A DNA stretch of 64,000 nt from Ignavibacteriota bacterium (GCA_963776275.1 CAVZMI010000021.1:32001-96000); one strand, 5' to 3'. Positions 39,634-50,950 are shown, counted from the first letter of the stretch. Numbers and translations are program-made. Notes: generated by a model not told the origin, from the letters alone.

Positions 39634-40170
39634 TTAAAACATCCCCAGACAAGCAGCAAGTCGCTCATATGTTGTTTTAACGTTACGAGCTCCATCCGTC
39701 TTTATCTGTAAATTGAAGAAAGTATCGGCATATTCCGTGGCAAATCCGACACGGAGCCTGGATCGTGACGCTTTACACAAATATGCCGCTGCAAGAGAAA
39801 ACTCTAAATTCAAGTCGAGCACGAGATCATACTCGTTCCTCTGAATGCGGTTGATAATTCCCCGTTTTGGAAGCGCGAACGACCCGATATCATCACGATG
39901 CAGGTGAATCACTTCACACCGCGGTAGCTGACGAACGACAGGCCGGGCTTCTTCAGGAACTATGACTGTGAGATTGCTACCACGAAACCGATTTTGTACG
40001 AACTGCAGAAGTGGCCGCGACATTTCAGAATGTATCTGTTGAAAAGGCATGATGATTAATGCACTTCGTGCCCGTTTGACCGCATCAGTAAATGTCTGTA
40101 CTTTATCGGGTTCATGGAAATGAATCTTCGCATAGAATAACCCGATTCGTTTTCGCAATCTTTCAAACAT
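39634..40170 (-). CDS. Hypothetical protein resembling the GT9 N-terminal domain
   Basis: YDLVLDL..ASRSRLRVGF motif. Confidence 0.55.
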   Translation of the reverse strand: MFERLRKRIGLFYAKIHFHEPDKVQTFTDAVKRARSALIIMPFQQIHSEMSRPLLQFVQNRFRGSNLTVIVPEEARPVVRQLPRCEVIHLHRDDIGSFALPKRGIINRIQRNEYDLVLDLNLEFSLAAAYLCKASRSRLRVGFATEYADTFFNLQIKTDGARNVKTTYERLAACLGMF

Positions 40171-40234
40171 TCTCTTGTACCACTCCTTTTATACCTTACC
40201 AATTATCCTAAAGTATTTTGACAAATGCAAGCCG

Positions 40235-42256
<2,022 letters not shown>

Positions 42257-42276
42257 TCACCTTAGCGTTATGAAAA

Positions 42277-43053
42277 TTACCGCCGCTCACTATTTTGTCG
42301 CTGAATACTTTCTTTTGAAATGACAACATTTCTCACAACAGCCCGGTTTCTTCCGAGCGGTTCAAGAGTTGTACCATTCAGTGTGAAACGAATCCCTCCG
42401 GCATTTCCAAGCGTGACAGTAAATTTTTCTTTTGCTGTCCATGCGTACTTCGCTTTTGGAGGGAAGAGATATTCTTCGGTGCGTTTTCCGTCGATGATAA
42501 TACTCAACCAGACCGAATCACTAGTGCTTGAAATGAGGTGCAGGCTATCCTGGGTAGCCCGGGAAGCCGCCGTCTCGACGGGTTTGTGTAATACCTGTTG
42601 TGGAGTTGATATTCGTTCGGTTTCCTTCACTACATCATCAAATGCTATTTGACGCACCGGTTGAGAGTCTGATGAATGAACGAAAATATATATACCGATG
42701 AGCCCAAGTAGTACAAGTATGACCGCCGAGATAAGAATTTTCGTGGATCTCGGCCATTGTTGCGATACTGTGGGCCCTTCCTGTCGGTCCGGCTTCACCG
42801 GTTCGGGTGCAGGTTCAAGTCTCTTTCCAAGAAAGAGATCATATCGCTGGAGGGCTTCAACCGGATTCAGGCCGACGCTGATTGCATATTCTCTTATGAA
42901 TGCGCGAATATAGGTCTGCTGAAGCGTTTCAAAGTTTCCCTGTTCGAGAGCTTCAAGAAAGTGGATGTTGATACGGGTCATCAAGGCGATTTCATTCAGA
43001 CTGATCCCCTTGGTGACGCGTTGTTTCTGAAGTTCTTCAGCAAACCAGTTCAT
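42277..43053 (-). CDS. RodZ-like HTH-TM-DUF4115 protein
   Basis: HTH ..FLEALEQGNF..YIRAFIREYA; TM; LGNAGG. Confidence 0.85.
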   Translation of the reverse strand: MNWFAEELQKQRVTKGISLNEIALMTRINIHFLEALEQGNFETLQQTYIRAFIREYAISVGLNPVEALQRYDLFLGKRLEPAPEPVKPDRQEGPTVSQQWPRSTKILISAVILVLLGLIGIYIFVHSSDSQPVRQIAFDDVVKETERISTPQQVLHKPVETAASRATQDSLHLISSTSDSVWLSIIIDGKRTEEYLFPPKAKYAWTAKEKFTVTLGNAGGIRFTLNGTTLEPLGRNRAVVRNVVISKESIQRQNSERR

Positions 43054-43077
43054 GTATAGGCTGAATTTTTCGTGAAG

Positions 43078-43120
43078 AAAAACGCCAAAAGTATTTTATA
43101 TTCCCGGATACTTTTGGCGT
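43078..43120 (-). terminator. Intrinsic terminator downstream of the tRNA locus
   Basis: 13-bp stem ACGCCAAAAGTAT/ATACTTTTGGCGT followed by a T-run on the minus strand. Confidence 0.65.
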
Positions 43121-43182
43121 CATAAATTCTGACTCTGAGACTTGCGTTTCTTCGAACACATTAATGCATTACAAAAAATATT

Positions 43183-43255
43183 GTCGGAACATCCCAACGT
43201 CGGGCAGGCGGGATTTCCTACCCGTTCATCAATGGCTCGGGATAATCCATGATCC
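43183..43255 (-). pseudogene. Degenerate tRNA-Pro 3' fragment with two inserts
   Basis: GTCGGAAC [16 nt] GGCGGGATTT [~27 nt] AATCCATGATCC, versus intact AACCCGCGACCC. Confidence 0.6.
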
Positions 43256-43315
43256 TATTTTAATATTTCTCTGACCGGATCTATCCGACGAAGTTTCGAC
43301 ATCAGTCGAAACGTA

Positions 43316-43398
43316 GTCGGAACGGCGGGATTTTCCGCCGTAGGCGGATCCGCCTCACCGAACCATAATCCTTAGCGGAGAACCCGCGACCCATTGAA
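43316..43398 (-). pseudogene. tRNA-Pro 3' half with a 46-nt insert in the T-loop
   Basis: GTCGGAACGGCGGGATTT [46 nt] GAACCCGCGACCCATTGAA, one mismatch to the intact gene. Confidence 0.85.
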
Positions 43399-43425
43399 TA
43401 TCATTTTGTATTATGAAACTTCTTG

Positions 43426-43499
43426 TCGGAACGGCGGGATTTGAACCCGCGACCCCTTGAACCCCATTCAAGTGCGCTACCGGGCTGCGCTACGTTCCG
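43426..43499 (-). tRNA. tRNA-Pro(GGG), CCA not encoded
   Basis: CGGAACGTAGCGCAGCCCGGTAGCGCACTTGAATGGGGTTCAAGGGGTCGCGGGTTCAAATCCCGCCGTTCCGA folds as a cloverleaf. Confidence 0.96.
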
Positions 43500-43741
43500 C
43501 TTAAATTAATTTTTCAATATACAATCGCTTTTTATGTTTCTTGATTTCTTTCTCTCGTTTCATTGCATCACTGCGATTCACGAAGTCTTCAGTGTACATT
43601 AACTTCTACGGTTGATCCGACTTTGTCGATTGAACCTGTCCGTTATTATGTCTCTGAAGTCTCCTTTCCAAATCGTTCGTTTGCCCTACATAATAATTTC
43701 CATTTTTTATACTTCGTAATATGTAGACAAAAAAAGACATG

Positions 43742-43840
43742 TTCAATTGCGCTACCGGGTCCCGACCTGACGAAGTTAGGGCGCGGATTCTCGTCCCGTT
43801 CCGTTGTAGACGGAACGGGGCGGAACTGCGCTACGTTCCG
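43742..43840 (-). pseudogene. tRNA-Pro 5' half with a 66-nt insert in the D-loop
   Basis: Minus strand CGGAACGTAGCGCAG [66 nt] CCCGGTAGCGCAATTGAA, one mismatch to the intact gene. Confidence 0.85.
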
Positions 43841-43852
43841 CTGAATATATCA

Positions 43853-44263
43853 TTACTGGAGTTTGACAAGCAATGACTCGAGGAATTCTTTCATCTCGAT
43901 GAGATCAGAATGAAGCTGTTCGTCTTTAACCGGACGTTTCTGTGGAGTGGAAAGGAGTTCAAGTTGTTCACCTTCATTTTCGTCATGATATGAAAGGAGA
44001 ACCTGTTTCGCTCCCTCGATCGTATATCGCTCTTCACGAAGCAGTTTCTTGATATACAGTATTAGTTTGATATCCCGATTCGTGTAGATGCGATTGCCGG
44101 CCCGATTTTTTGCCGGCTTCAACTGCTCGAACTCTGATTCCCAATACCGAAGGACATATTGTTCGAGATCGGTCAACTTGCTGACCTCACTGATCGAATA
44201 ATACAGCTTCTTAATCCCGAGCTGTTTCATAACGTTATCATCCGAATAATGATAATGGCTCAT
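43853..44263 (-). CDS. MerR-family HTH regulator
   Basis: KLYYSISEVS..VLRYWESEF..LKPAKNRAGNRIY. Confidence 0.92.
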   Translation of the reverse strand: MSHYHYSDDNVMKQLGIKKLYYSISEVSKLTDLEQYVLRYWESEFEQLKPAKNRAGNRIYTNRDIKLILYIKKLLREERYTIEGAKQVLLSYHDENEGEQLELLSTPQKRPVKDEQLHSDLIEMKEFLESLLVKLQ

Positions 44264-44312
44264 AAAATATACATAAATCGATTTTGAGTTGCAAATAATG
44301 CAGGAAGCTATT

Positions 44313-44348
44313 AAAAAAGAACGCCGATTCCGGCAAAGAATCGGCGTT
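44313..44348 (-). terminator. Intrinsic terminator
   Basis: AACGCCGATTC-N7-GAATCGGCGTT with a minus-strand T tract. Confidence 0.75.
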
Positions 44349-44382
44349 GCCCGATCGTACTGATTTCTAATTAATAAGGTAA

Positions 44383-45009
44383 TTACGGAGTTCCATAAGC
44401 GGTCCCGAACGTTACATCAAAGCTTCCGGCTGATACTTGGACTGGTGTACCCGAGGCAGAACCTGATATCCCCATACCGGTCCCGCTAAAGTTCCCTTTC
44501 ATGCCTGTGGACGAATATGAGGTAATATTTGCGGTGCCGCTCTCAAGCATATAATAATTCCCGTTTGTACTGGTTTGACTGCTAGCCCCTTTAATAAAGA
44601 TGAGCATGGCTGTATTATCAGTTCCAGAAGCAAAACTATAAGTGCCTGTACCCACTTTGTTACTAGAAGGGGTGCGTTCTAATTCAAGAATCGCATAATC
44701 CCAGTCATTACTGGATCTCCACAGAAATGCATAAACCCATGCAACATTTGAACTCGCATCATACCAACTCATTACACCACTGCCGGTTTGACCGGTGCTA
44801 GTCGGATTAAACGAACCGCTTATGTTCCAGGAGTTACCAGCCGTACTCGAATTCGTATTAAAGGACAATGACCCTGAACCATATGATCCTGTGTTTGGAT
44901 TATTCGGACCCGTGGTATCACTACCACTATCACTCTTTTTACATGATGCCATAAGCATGACGAGTGCAATACTTATGATCATCACAAGCACAAATTTGAA
45001 TTGTTTCAT
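44383..45009 (-). CDS. Ser/Gly/Thr-rich lipoprotein
   Basis: Lipobox LMASC followed by KKSD. Confidence 0.8.
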   Translation of the reverse strand: MKQFKFVLVMIISIALVMLMASCKKSDSGSDTTGPNNPNTGSYGSGSLSFNTNSSTAGNSWNISGSFNPTSTGQTGSGVMSWYDASSNVAWVYAFLWRSSNDWDYAILELERTPSSNKVGTGTYSFASGTDNTAMLIFIKGASSQTSTNGNYYMLESGTANITSYSSTGMKGNFSGTGMGISGSASGTPVQVSAGSFDVTFGTAYGTP

Positions 45010-45080
45010 GGGAACCTCCCTCTAAAAGCATTTAATGAAAAATATTGGGAATTATGTATAGAACACTTCAGAAATTCCTA

Positions 45081-45446
45081 TTATTCGATCACCGCAACGG
45101 CGACAACTATCGTTTCTGCATGAGAAAGCGATAGATGAATACGTCGATCGTGCAGATTGTCGCCAAGATGACCGAGAAATCGCACCTCGGGTTTTCCGGC
45201 TGCGTCGTTTATAACCTCGACATCCTGCCACCTAAAAATTCCGGTCCATCCTGTTGCGAGGGCTTTTGAAACCGCTTCTTTCGCCGCAAAACGGGCAGCA
45301 AGGTGCTGATAGGGATTTTTGCGTGCCAGGCAGTAACGAAGTTCATTTTCTGTAAATATCTTTTGCAAAAATCGATTTCCCCACCGTTCCATCGTCTGCC
45401 GGACACGGCCAATCTCAATCACGTCGATACCGATTCCCTGAACCAT
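45081..45446 (-). CDS. acpS: Holo-ACP synthase
   Basis: GIGIDVIE, AARFAAKEA, LSLSH. Confidence 0.96.
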   Translation of the reverse strand: MVQGIGIDVIEIGRVRQTMERWGNRFLQKIFTENELRYCLARKNPYQHLAARFAAKEAVSKALATGWTGIFRWQDVEVINDAAGKPEVRFLGHLGDNLHDRRIHLSLSHAETIVVAVAVIE

Positions 45447-45458
45447 TTGCTATTCTCG

Positions 45459-46139
45459 TCATCCATTCTCACGACGCACAATATCAATAAGCTGGGAAAC
45501 ATCGTCGATATCGTATGTCGCTCGTGAATCGTGTGTCTTGAACGTATCACCGTACCGGGCAAACGCAGTTTTCATTCCGATTTTTGCCGCTCCGACTACA
45601 TCGCGTTCTGGCCAATCGCCTACCATTAATGCTTCTGCCGGCTGGACATCAAGAAGCTCCAGTGCTTTCCGGAACGGCGCCTCATTGGGCTTGCGCTCTC
45701 CCGTATCGTCATAGGTAATGACACGATCAAAGATATGGTGAAAATTTAAATAACACAATCGAAGCCATGCTTCCCGCGCCGGCGCATCTGTAACGACAGC
45801 CAGTTTTAATCCCATTTTTAGAAGTTCCATCAATGTCAAATAGACATGCGGATATGGAACGAGTGCCGCCTCACGTGCCCTTCGATAAGCGATAATGCCG
45901 GCAGAGAGAATTTTGTAATCAACTTTTTTGAAAATATCGTAAAGCAATTCATCGAAAACATTTTGAAATTCGATCCCACGCTCCTTATATATCGCTTCGA
46001 TGCGCTGCTTCGCCTCATCAAAGGAAAGAAGAAGCCCCGCGTCGATCATCGAATGTATGGCAGCATCAATAGCCTGCCGTTTCATCGCCATGAAATCGAC
46101 GAGGGTATTGTCGAGATCGAAAATAATGGCTTTGATCAT
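45459..46139 (-). CDS. HAD-superfamily hydrolase
   Basis: FDLDNTL, KP, VGDWPERD. Confidence 0.92.
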   Translation of the reverse strand: MIKAIIFDLDNTLVDFMAMKRQAIDAAIHSMIDAGLLLSFDEAKQRIEAIYKERGIEFQNVFDELLYDIFKKVDYKILSAGIIAYRRAREAALVPYPHVYLTLMELLKMGLKLAVVTDAPAREAWLRLCYLNFHHIFDRVITYDDTGERKPNEAPFRKALELLDVQPAEALMVGDWPERDVVGAAKIGMKTAFARYGDTFKTHDSRATYDIDDVSQLIDIVRRENG

Positions 46140-46573
46140 TTCGGACGCTGAACAATACGACGAAGAGCCTCGACGGCAAGTGAGTAACTTCGCGGTCCAA
46201 AACCGGCGATCTGCCCTGCACAGACACCCGCCGTCACCGAATGACTTCGGAACTCCTCCCGCGCATGAATATTCGAAAGATGGACTTCAATCACCGGTGT
46301 ATCGAGTGCGGCAATCGCGTCCCGGATTGCATATGAGGTGTGTGTATATGCACCGGGATTGAGGATCACTCCATCATACACCTTCCCGATTGTTCCCTGC
46401 AATGTATCGATGATCGCCCCTTCACTGTTATTCTGGAAAAAAGTAAACACAACCTCGGGAAATTCTTTTTTGAGATCGGCATTCACCTGGTCGAGTGATA
46501 GTGTCCCATAGATTGCAGGCTCCCGTTTTCCCAGCATATTCAGATTAGGGCCATTGATGACAAGAATTTTCAT
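46136..46573 (-). CDS. aroQ: Type II 3-dehydroquinate dehydratase
   Basis: NGPNLNMLGKREP.IYG, NPGAYTHTS, EVHLSNIHAREEFR. Confidence 0.97.
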   Translation of the reverse strand: MKILVINGPNLNMLGKREPAIYGTLSLDQVNADLKKEFPEVVFTFFQNNSEGAIIDTLQGTIGKVYDGVILNPGAYTHTSYAIRDAIAALDTPVIEVHLSNIHAREEFRSHSVTAGVCAGQIAGFGPRSYSLAVEALRRIVQRPK

Positions 46574-46845
46574 GCAGCAGCTCCTCTCCGGACTTTAGCA
46601 ACTTCGTCTTCGATGAAATCCCGTAATGCCGGCCTTATATATACATTCTCAAGACCGATTTCATGAATACTCAGCGCAATGACAGCAGCTTTTCGTTGAG
46701 GCGAAAGCTTTTTATTCACGACAATAAGACGTTCTTCATGAAGAACACAGTATCCACCGTCAAAATCCCCCTTTTCATACCTAATACGAATAGAAAGACC
46801 AGATGCAAGCTCATGAAGTTCCTGAATGATCGATTCGTATTCCAT
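46570..46845 (-). CDS. Conserved hypothetical protein
   Basis: IRYEKGDFDGGYC motif; ATGA coupling to aroQ. Confidence 0.75.
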   Translation of the reverse strand: MEYESIIQELHELASGLSIRIRYEKGDFDGGYCVLHEERLIVVNKKLSPQRKAAVIALSIHEIGLENVYIRPALRDFIEDEVAKVRRGAAA

Positions 46846-46848
46846 AGG

Positions 46849-47370
46849 TTATGATTCCGGTAAAGATTTCCTCAGCGGCTGCCAAATCGCAAGGATGACG
46901 ATGGTGTAGTATGTCAGCGTAGCGATCACCGGCACACCGCGTAAGGCGGCTATTCTTTTTATATATAACTCTCGCAATTGTGGAATATCAGCAGATCTGA
47001 AAAACTCTGCATGGATGAAATTCCAATCAAGCTTCATCGTATAAAATTCTGCTGGTGAAAAAAGAAAGAAAAGGATTGTGCACATCATCAGCCAACCCTG
47101 CTCTTTCAGCTTCAGTCGTGTTGTTCTAAGATAGAGAATCGCACTTAGAAAAACAATACAGTAGCTTAGATTCACGACAATCGATGTCATGGCAAGCAGA
47201 GCATAGATTTCCCGCTCCGCATGCGGCTCTATGTAGGGCAGGAATTCAAAGGTTCCTGTATACACAAGTGCATCTCCTATCAGTGCCCGGATATTGATGC
47301 TCCCCAGCCATAGAATCCCGGTGATGATGACAAACGTAAGCGAGAGTTTTGCAGATAGTCGTTCTTTCAT
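46849..47370 (-). CDS. Hypothetical membrane protein (~4 TM)
   Basis: Hydrophobic segments; operon coupling. Confidence 0.7.
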   Translation of the reverse strand: MKERLSAKLSLTFVIITGILWLGSINIRALIGDALVYTGTFEFLPYIEPHAEREIYALLAMTSIVVNLSYCIVFLSAILYLRTTRLKLKEQGWLMMCTILFFLFSPAEFYTMKLDWNFIHAEFFRSADIPQLRELYIKRIAALRGVPVIATLTYYTIVILAIWQPLRKSLPES

Positions 47371-47819
47371 ACCGGTCTATCCGATTTATGGTCGATCGAC
47401 CAATTCTTTATCCAGCTTATATCATGTAACAATTCAATCTGGGCCTGGAGAGATGCCCGAGTATTGACGAAAAATTTCTCTTCAAACTGTTTGCGGACTT
47501 CATCCGGCGAGGGCCCCAGAAGCACTTTGAGCGATGAAATTACTTTCACAACATTCTCGTTAAATTCAGACATCAGGCGCTCGTAACCTTCGACTCCGGG
47601 TCCAATACGTTTCATCACTGAAAAGATGTTCCAACAAAACTTGGCTCCAAAAGCAAGTTCAGCAAGCTGCGTCCTCTGATCGTGACGTCTGGAAAGCTCG
47701 AGCACGATACCCACTTCGTTTCTGTGAATGAGTGAATTGTTCGATAGCCCGTCAAGCCGTTTAAGAAATACTTCCGTCTCCGGCGAAAATACCACGACAT
47801 CCATCCCTGTCATTCTCAC
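47367..47819 (-). CDS. Hypothetical protein
   Basis: ORF overlapping both neighbours on the operon strand. Confidence 0.65.
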   Translation of the reverse strand: MRMTGMDVVVFSPETEVFLKRLDGLSNNSLIHRNEVGIVLELSRRHDQRTQLAELAFGAKFCWNIFSVMKRIGPGVEGYERLMSEFNENVVKVISSLKVLLGPSPDEVRKQFEEKFFVNTRASLQAQIELLHDISWIKNWSIDHKSDRPV

Positions 47820-48505
47820 AACTCAAATCGTATCCCGACCGATACGATAAAGGTCGATGGAAGCGATGCGGTTGACATCCCGTTGATCGGTTCGAAATAC
47901 GGTCCGAAAAGAAAATAATGGTTCAGCATCAAGTACGGTTTGACAACGTCCAGTACAAGGATGGTCACACCATAGGAAATATCAAAACCGACAAACGATG
48001 CCCGTGTTCCTTTGATTACAGTCGTTGCTCCACTCTGCCGAAGATCGCCAGTTGAAAAGACAGCACCATAAAAACCGACACTGATAAAAGGTGATATCCA
48101 ATCGGCCTGCGGAATGATTAACCGATGAACCGGTTTGATTTCAATCGCTGTAATGACCGAATTGGCTCCGTCAAATCCATTACGAGAAAAATAATCATCA
48201 CCATAACGATTTTCTTGCGCGATGCGAATAAAATTGCAGGTGGAGTAATTCACAGCCGCTTCGATCTCAAGATGATATTCATAATTTCCAATAGCCGTCT
48301 GATAAATATCGTATCCTATTCCACCGGCAACCAGCAGTGTCGCCCCCCCCCATTGTACTTCCTCGTTTTGCAGTAATCCACGGACTCGAATTGAGCTTAT
48401 TCCGACCCGCGCGGTACCGTACGGTTGAGCGAAGAGAATGGAAGGAAGAATTAAAAGAAGAGCTATCAGGCTGTTGAAATGTTTTTGTGGGCGATTATTA
48501 TTCAC
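47816..48505 (-). CDS. Putative small outer-membrane beta-barrel protein
   Basis: Signal peptide, amphipathic strands, C-terminal VSVGIRFEL. Confidence 0.6.
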   Translation of the reverse strand: MNNNRPQKHFNSLIALLLILPSILFAQPYGTARVGISSIRVRGLLQNEEVQWGGATLLVAGGIGYDIYQTAIGNYEYHLEIEAAVNYSTCNFIRIAQENRYGDDYFSRNGFDGANSVITAIEIKPVHRLIIPQADWISPFISVGFYGAVFSTGDLRQSGATTVIKGTRASFVGFDISYGVTILVLDVVKPYLMLNHYFLFGPYFEPINGMSTASLPSTFIVSVGIRFEL

Positions 48506-48661
48506 TGGCTAACTTTCCGAGTTGATCGTACCGTATCAAAAAATATAATAGTTTTCTCACCGATAATCAACCGTTGATTCTCGACCCCTAATTCTGTACC
48601 TTCAATAAGGAGACCGTTATTATCCATCCACCATCTATTCAGGTGAATTGAAGGTACTGGC

Positions 48662-50107
48662 ATGACAACCGCACATCATCTGACGTTTTCACCCCCCGTC
48701 CCGACTACAATTCTTATCGTCGATGATGATCGGGCATTCCGTTCCGTTCTCAGCACCATTCTTACCGATGCAGGTTACACCGTCGTTCTAGCGGCAAGCG
48801 GCAGGGAAGCTCAGGATCACCTCGGCGCTCGGCATTTTGATCTGGTGCTCACCGATCTTGTTATGGATGATATCAGCGGTATCCATCTCCTTCAATACAT
48901 CAAGGCGAATTATCCCGATACGATTGTCTTTATGGTAACAGGATTCGCATCAATTAATACTGCTGTTGAAGCAATGCGACTTGGAGCCTATGACTACCTG
49001 ACAAAACCCTCGAACAACGACGAGCTTATGATAAAAATCCTGCGTGCTGTCGAAGACCGCTGGAAGACACAACAGCTTGCACAGCTCCGGAGCGAAGTCG
49101 AATTGATTTACAGTCTTGATAACATCATCAGCCGCAGTGAAAAAATGAAGGACGTTTTTAAACAAATTCGCCGTGTTGCCGATACAGATGCAACGGTGTT
49201 AATCCAGGGTGAGACGGGTACGGGAAAGGAACTCGTCGCAAAAGCCATCCACTATCATAGTGCACGGAAAGACAAGCCGTTGAACATAGTCGATTGTTCC
49301 GCCGTCCCTGAGACATTAATGGAAAGCGAGTTATTCGGACATGAGAAGGGATCATTCACTGGAGCGCTGAAACAACGAATCGGAAAATTTGAAGAAGCTC
49401 ATGGCGGAACGGTGTTTCTGGACGAGATCAGCGATATTCCTGTGAACCTCCAGGTAAAATTACTCCGTACTCTTCAAGAAAAAACTATTCAGCGTGTCGG
49501 AAGTAACGATACCATCGTAGTAGATGTTCGAATAATTGCGGCAACAAACCGACCTATCGACGTGCTGGTTGCCGAAAATTCATTTCGTGAAGACCTATAC
49601 TACCGGTTGAATGTCTTTCCCATTTTTCTACCGCCCCTCCGGGAAAGAATCGATGACGTTCCGCTTCTTGCAGACCATTTCCTAAAAAAGTATGCTCAAC
49701 TCTCTTCGCGTCCTATTTATACAATCGCTCCGTCGGCGATGGCACAATTGGTTTCCAACTCGTGGCGGGGGAATGTCCGTGAATTAGAAAATATCATAAA
49801 GCGGGCAATTATCCAATGTGAAGGGGAAACAATCACATCCTTCGATATTCCTACACTCGCTCCACCAGCAGGTACTTTGGTTGATCAATCATCAAGAGAG
49901 CCTGCGGAGATGCTGACGATTCAAACACCTTACAAAGAATATCTCCGTTCAATAATTATGAACGCTGAGGCAAAATACCTCGTCCAAATGCTGTCTCTCT
50001 GGAAAGGGAACATCAACAAGGTTGCTCACCTCATGGGTCTCGATCGTAAAACTATCTACAAAAAAATGGTGGATAATAATATCGATGTAAATAAATTCCG
50101 CTCATAA
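48662..50107 (+). CDS. NtrC-family sigma54-dependent response regulator
   Basis: REC, GETGTGKE, GSFTGA, WRGNVRELEN, HTH. Confidence 0.95.
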   Translation: MTTAHHLTFSPPVPTTILIVDDDRAFRSVLSTILTDAGYTVVLAASGREAQDHLGARHFDLVLTDLVMDDISGIHLLQYIKANYPDTIVFMVTGFASINTAVEAMRLGAYDYLTKPSNNDELMIKILRAVEDRWKTQQLAQLRSEVELIYSLDNIISRSEKMKDVFKQIRRVADTDATVLIQGETGTGKELVAKAIHYHSARKDKPLNIVDCSAVPETLMESELFGHEKGSFTGALKQRIGKFEEAHGGTVFLDEISDIPVNLQVKLLRTLQEKTIQRVGSNDTIVVDVRIIAATNRPIDVLVAENSFREDLYYRLNVFPIFLPPLRERIDDVPLLADHFLKKYAQLSSRPIYTIAPSAMAQLVSNSWRGNVRELENIIKRAIIQCEGETITSFDIPTLAPPAGTLVDQSSREPAEMLTIQTPYKEYLRSIIMNAEAKYLVQMLSLWKGNINKVAHLMGLDRKTIYKKMVDNNIDVNKFRS

Positions 50108-50169
50108 ATTTTACAGACCCGTTTTCCAACAACCGATCACCCCTTTTTTAAAAATTCAAGGGATTCAAG

Positions 50170-50308
50170 TGTTGACTCTTTTCCACATTATACTGGAAAA
50201 AAATTTCTATCTCTGTTGACTTTATTCCACAGTCATCTATATTTTATTTCTCAAAATATAGAAAAAACCGGCTTTCCTCCCTTTTTCCAAAATGGCATAT
50301 AACTTGTG
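50170..50308 (+). promoter_or_regulatory. Two enhancer-like palindromes and a sigma54-like promoter
   Basis: TGTTGACTCTTTTCCACA (50170) and TGTTGACTTTATTCCACA (50214); TGGCAT-ATAAC-TTGTG (50293). Confidence 0.6.
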
Positions 50309-50365
50309 GTAAATATGATGTTTGATTAATCCATTCCCTACTTTCATAATTGAGGGGGCAAGACC

Positions 50366-50950
50366 ATGGTATCTGCAGACGAACAAAAGCGACTCGATTT
50401 CGATCGTGAAGCACTGCCTCATCTGGATGACATGTATCGATTTGCTTTGTATATGAGCGGCAACATCGACACGGCACAAGATCTTGTTCAAGAAACATAT
50501 CTGAAGGCATTCCGATTTTTCTCGACATTCGAGCGTGGGACAAACTGCAAGGCATGGCTCTTTCAGATTCTAAAGAATTCTTTTATTAACCGTTTCAGAC
50601 GTAGCCAGATTCAACCGGATTCAATGCATCTTGAAGCAATCACCGACTTCTATCCGATCTTTCAGGATGCAGATGAAGCGTTGGTGCATGATCTTGACTA
50701 TCAGCTTGAAAGCCACATGATGAACGATGATATTACCAAGGCTATTGCATCGCTCCCTGACGACTATAGAACCGTTGTCATTCTTTGCGATATAGAAGGA
50801 ATGAAATATGATGAGATTGCGGAATTTGTTTCCTGTCCCATTGGAACGGTTCGGTCGCGAATACACCGTGCACGAAAAATTCTTCATAACAAACTCCTCG
50901 GCTATGCACGCAGACACGGCTATGCACCGATTCCGCAGTTTTCGGATTGA
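50366..50950 (+). CDS. ECF sigma factor (SigH/SigR-like)
   Basis: AQDLVQETYLKA, GTNCKAWLFQI, YDEIAEFVSCPIGTVRSRIHRAR. Confidence 0.93.
   Translation: MVSADEQKRLDFDREALPHLDDMYRFALYMSGNIDTAQDLVQETYLKAFRFFSTFERGTNCKAWLFQILKNSFINRFRRSQIQPDSMHLEAITDFYPIFQDADEALVHDLDYQLESHMMNDDITKAIASLPDDYRTVVILCDIEGMKYDEIAEFVSCPIGTVRSRIHRARKILHNKLLGYARRHGYAPIPQFSD

Noticed and set aside
43183-43500. Three GTCGGAAC..GGGATTT copies as a CRISPR array
   Set aside because: They are tRNA 3' ends, spacing is irregular and there are no cas genes in the window
43708-43728. loxP/dif-like ATACTTCGTAATATGTA
   Set aside because: Only a half-site resemblance in AT-rich DNA with no matching second arm at the right spacing
43563-43844. 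93-aa plus-strand ORF
   Set aside because: Overlaps the tRNA half and hairpin insert, no recognisable motif or RBS
43000-44300. Prophage or genomic island at tRNA-Pro
   Set aside because: No integrase or cargo; the fragments lie within about 650 bp among core genes
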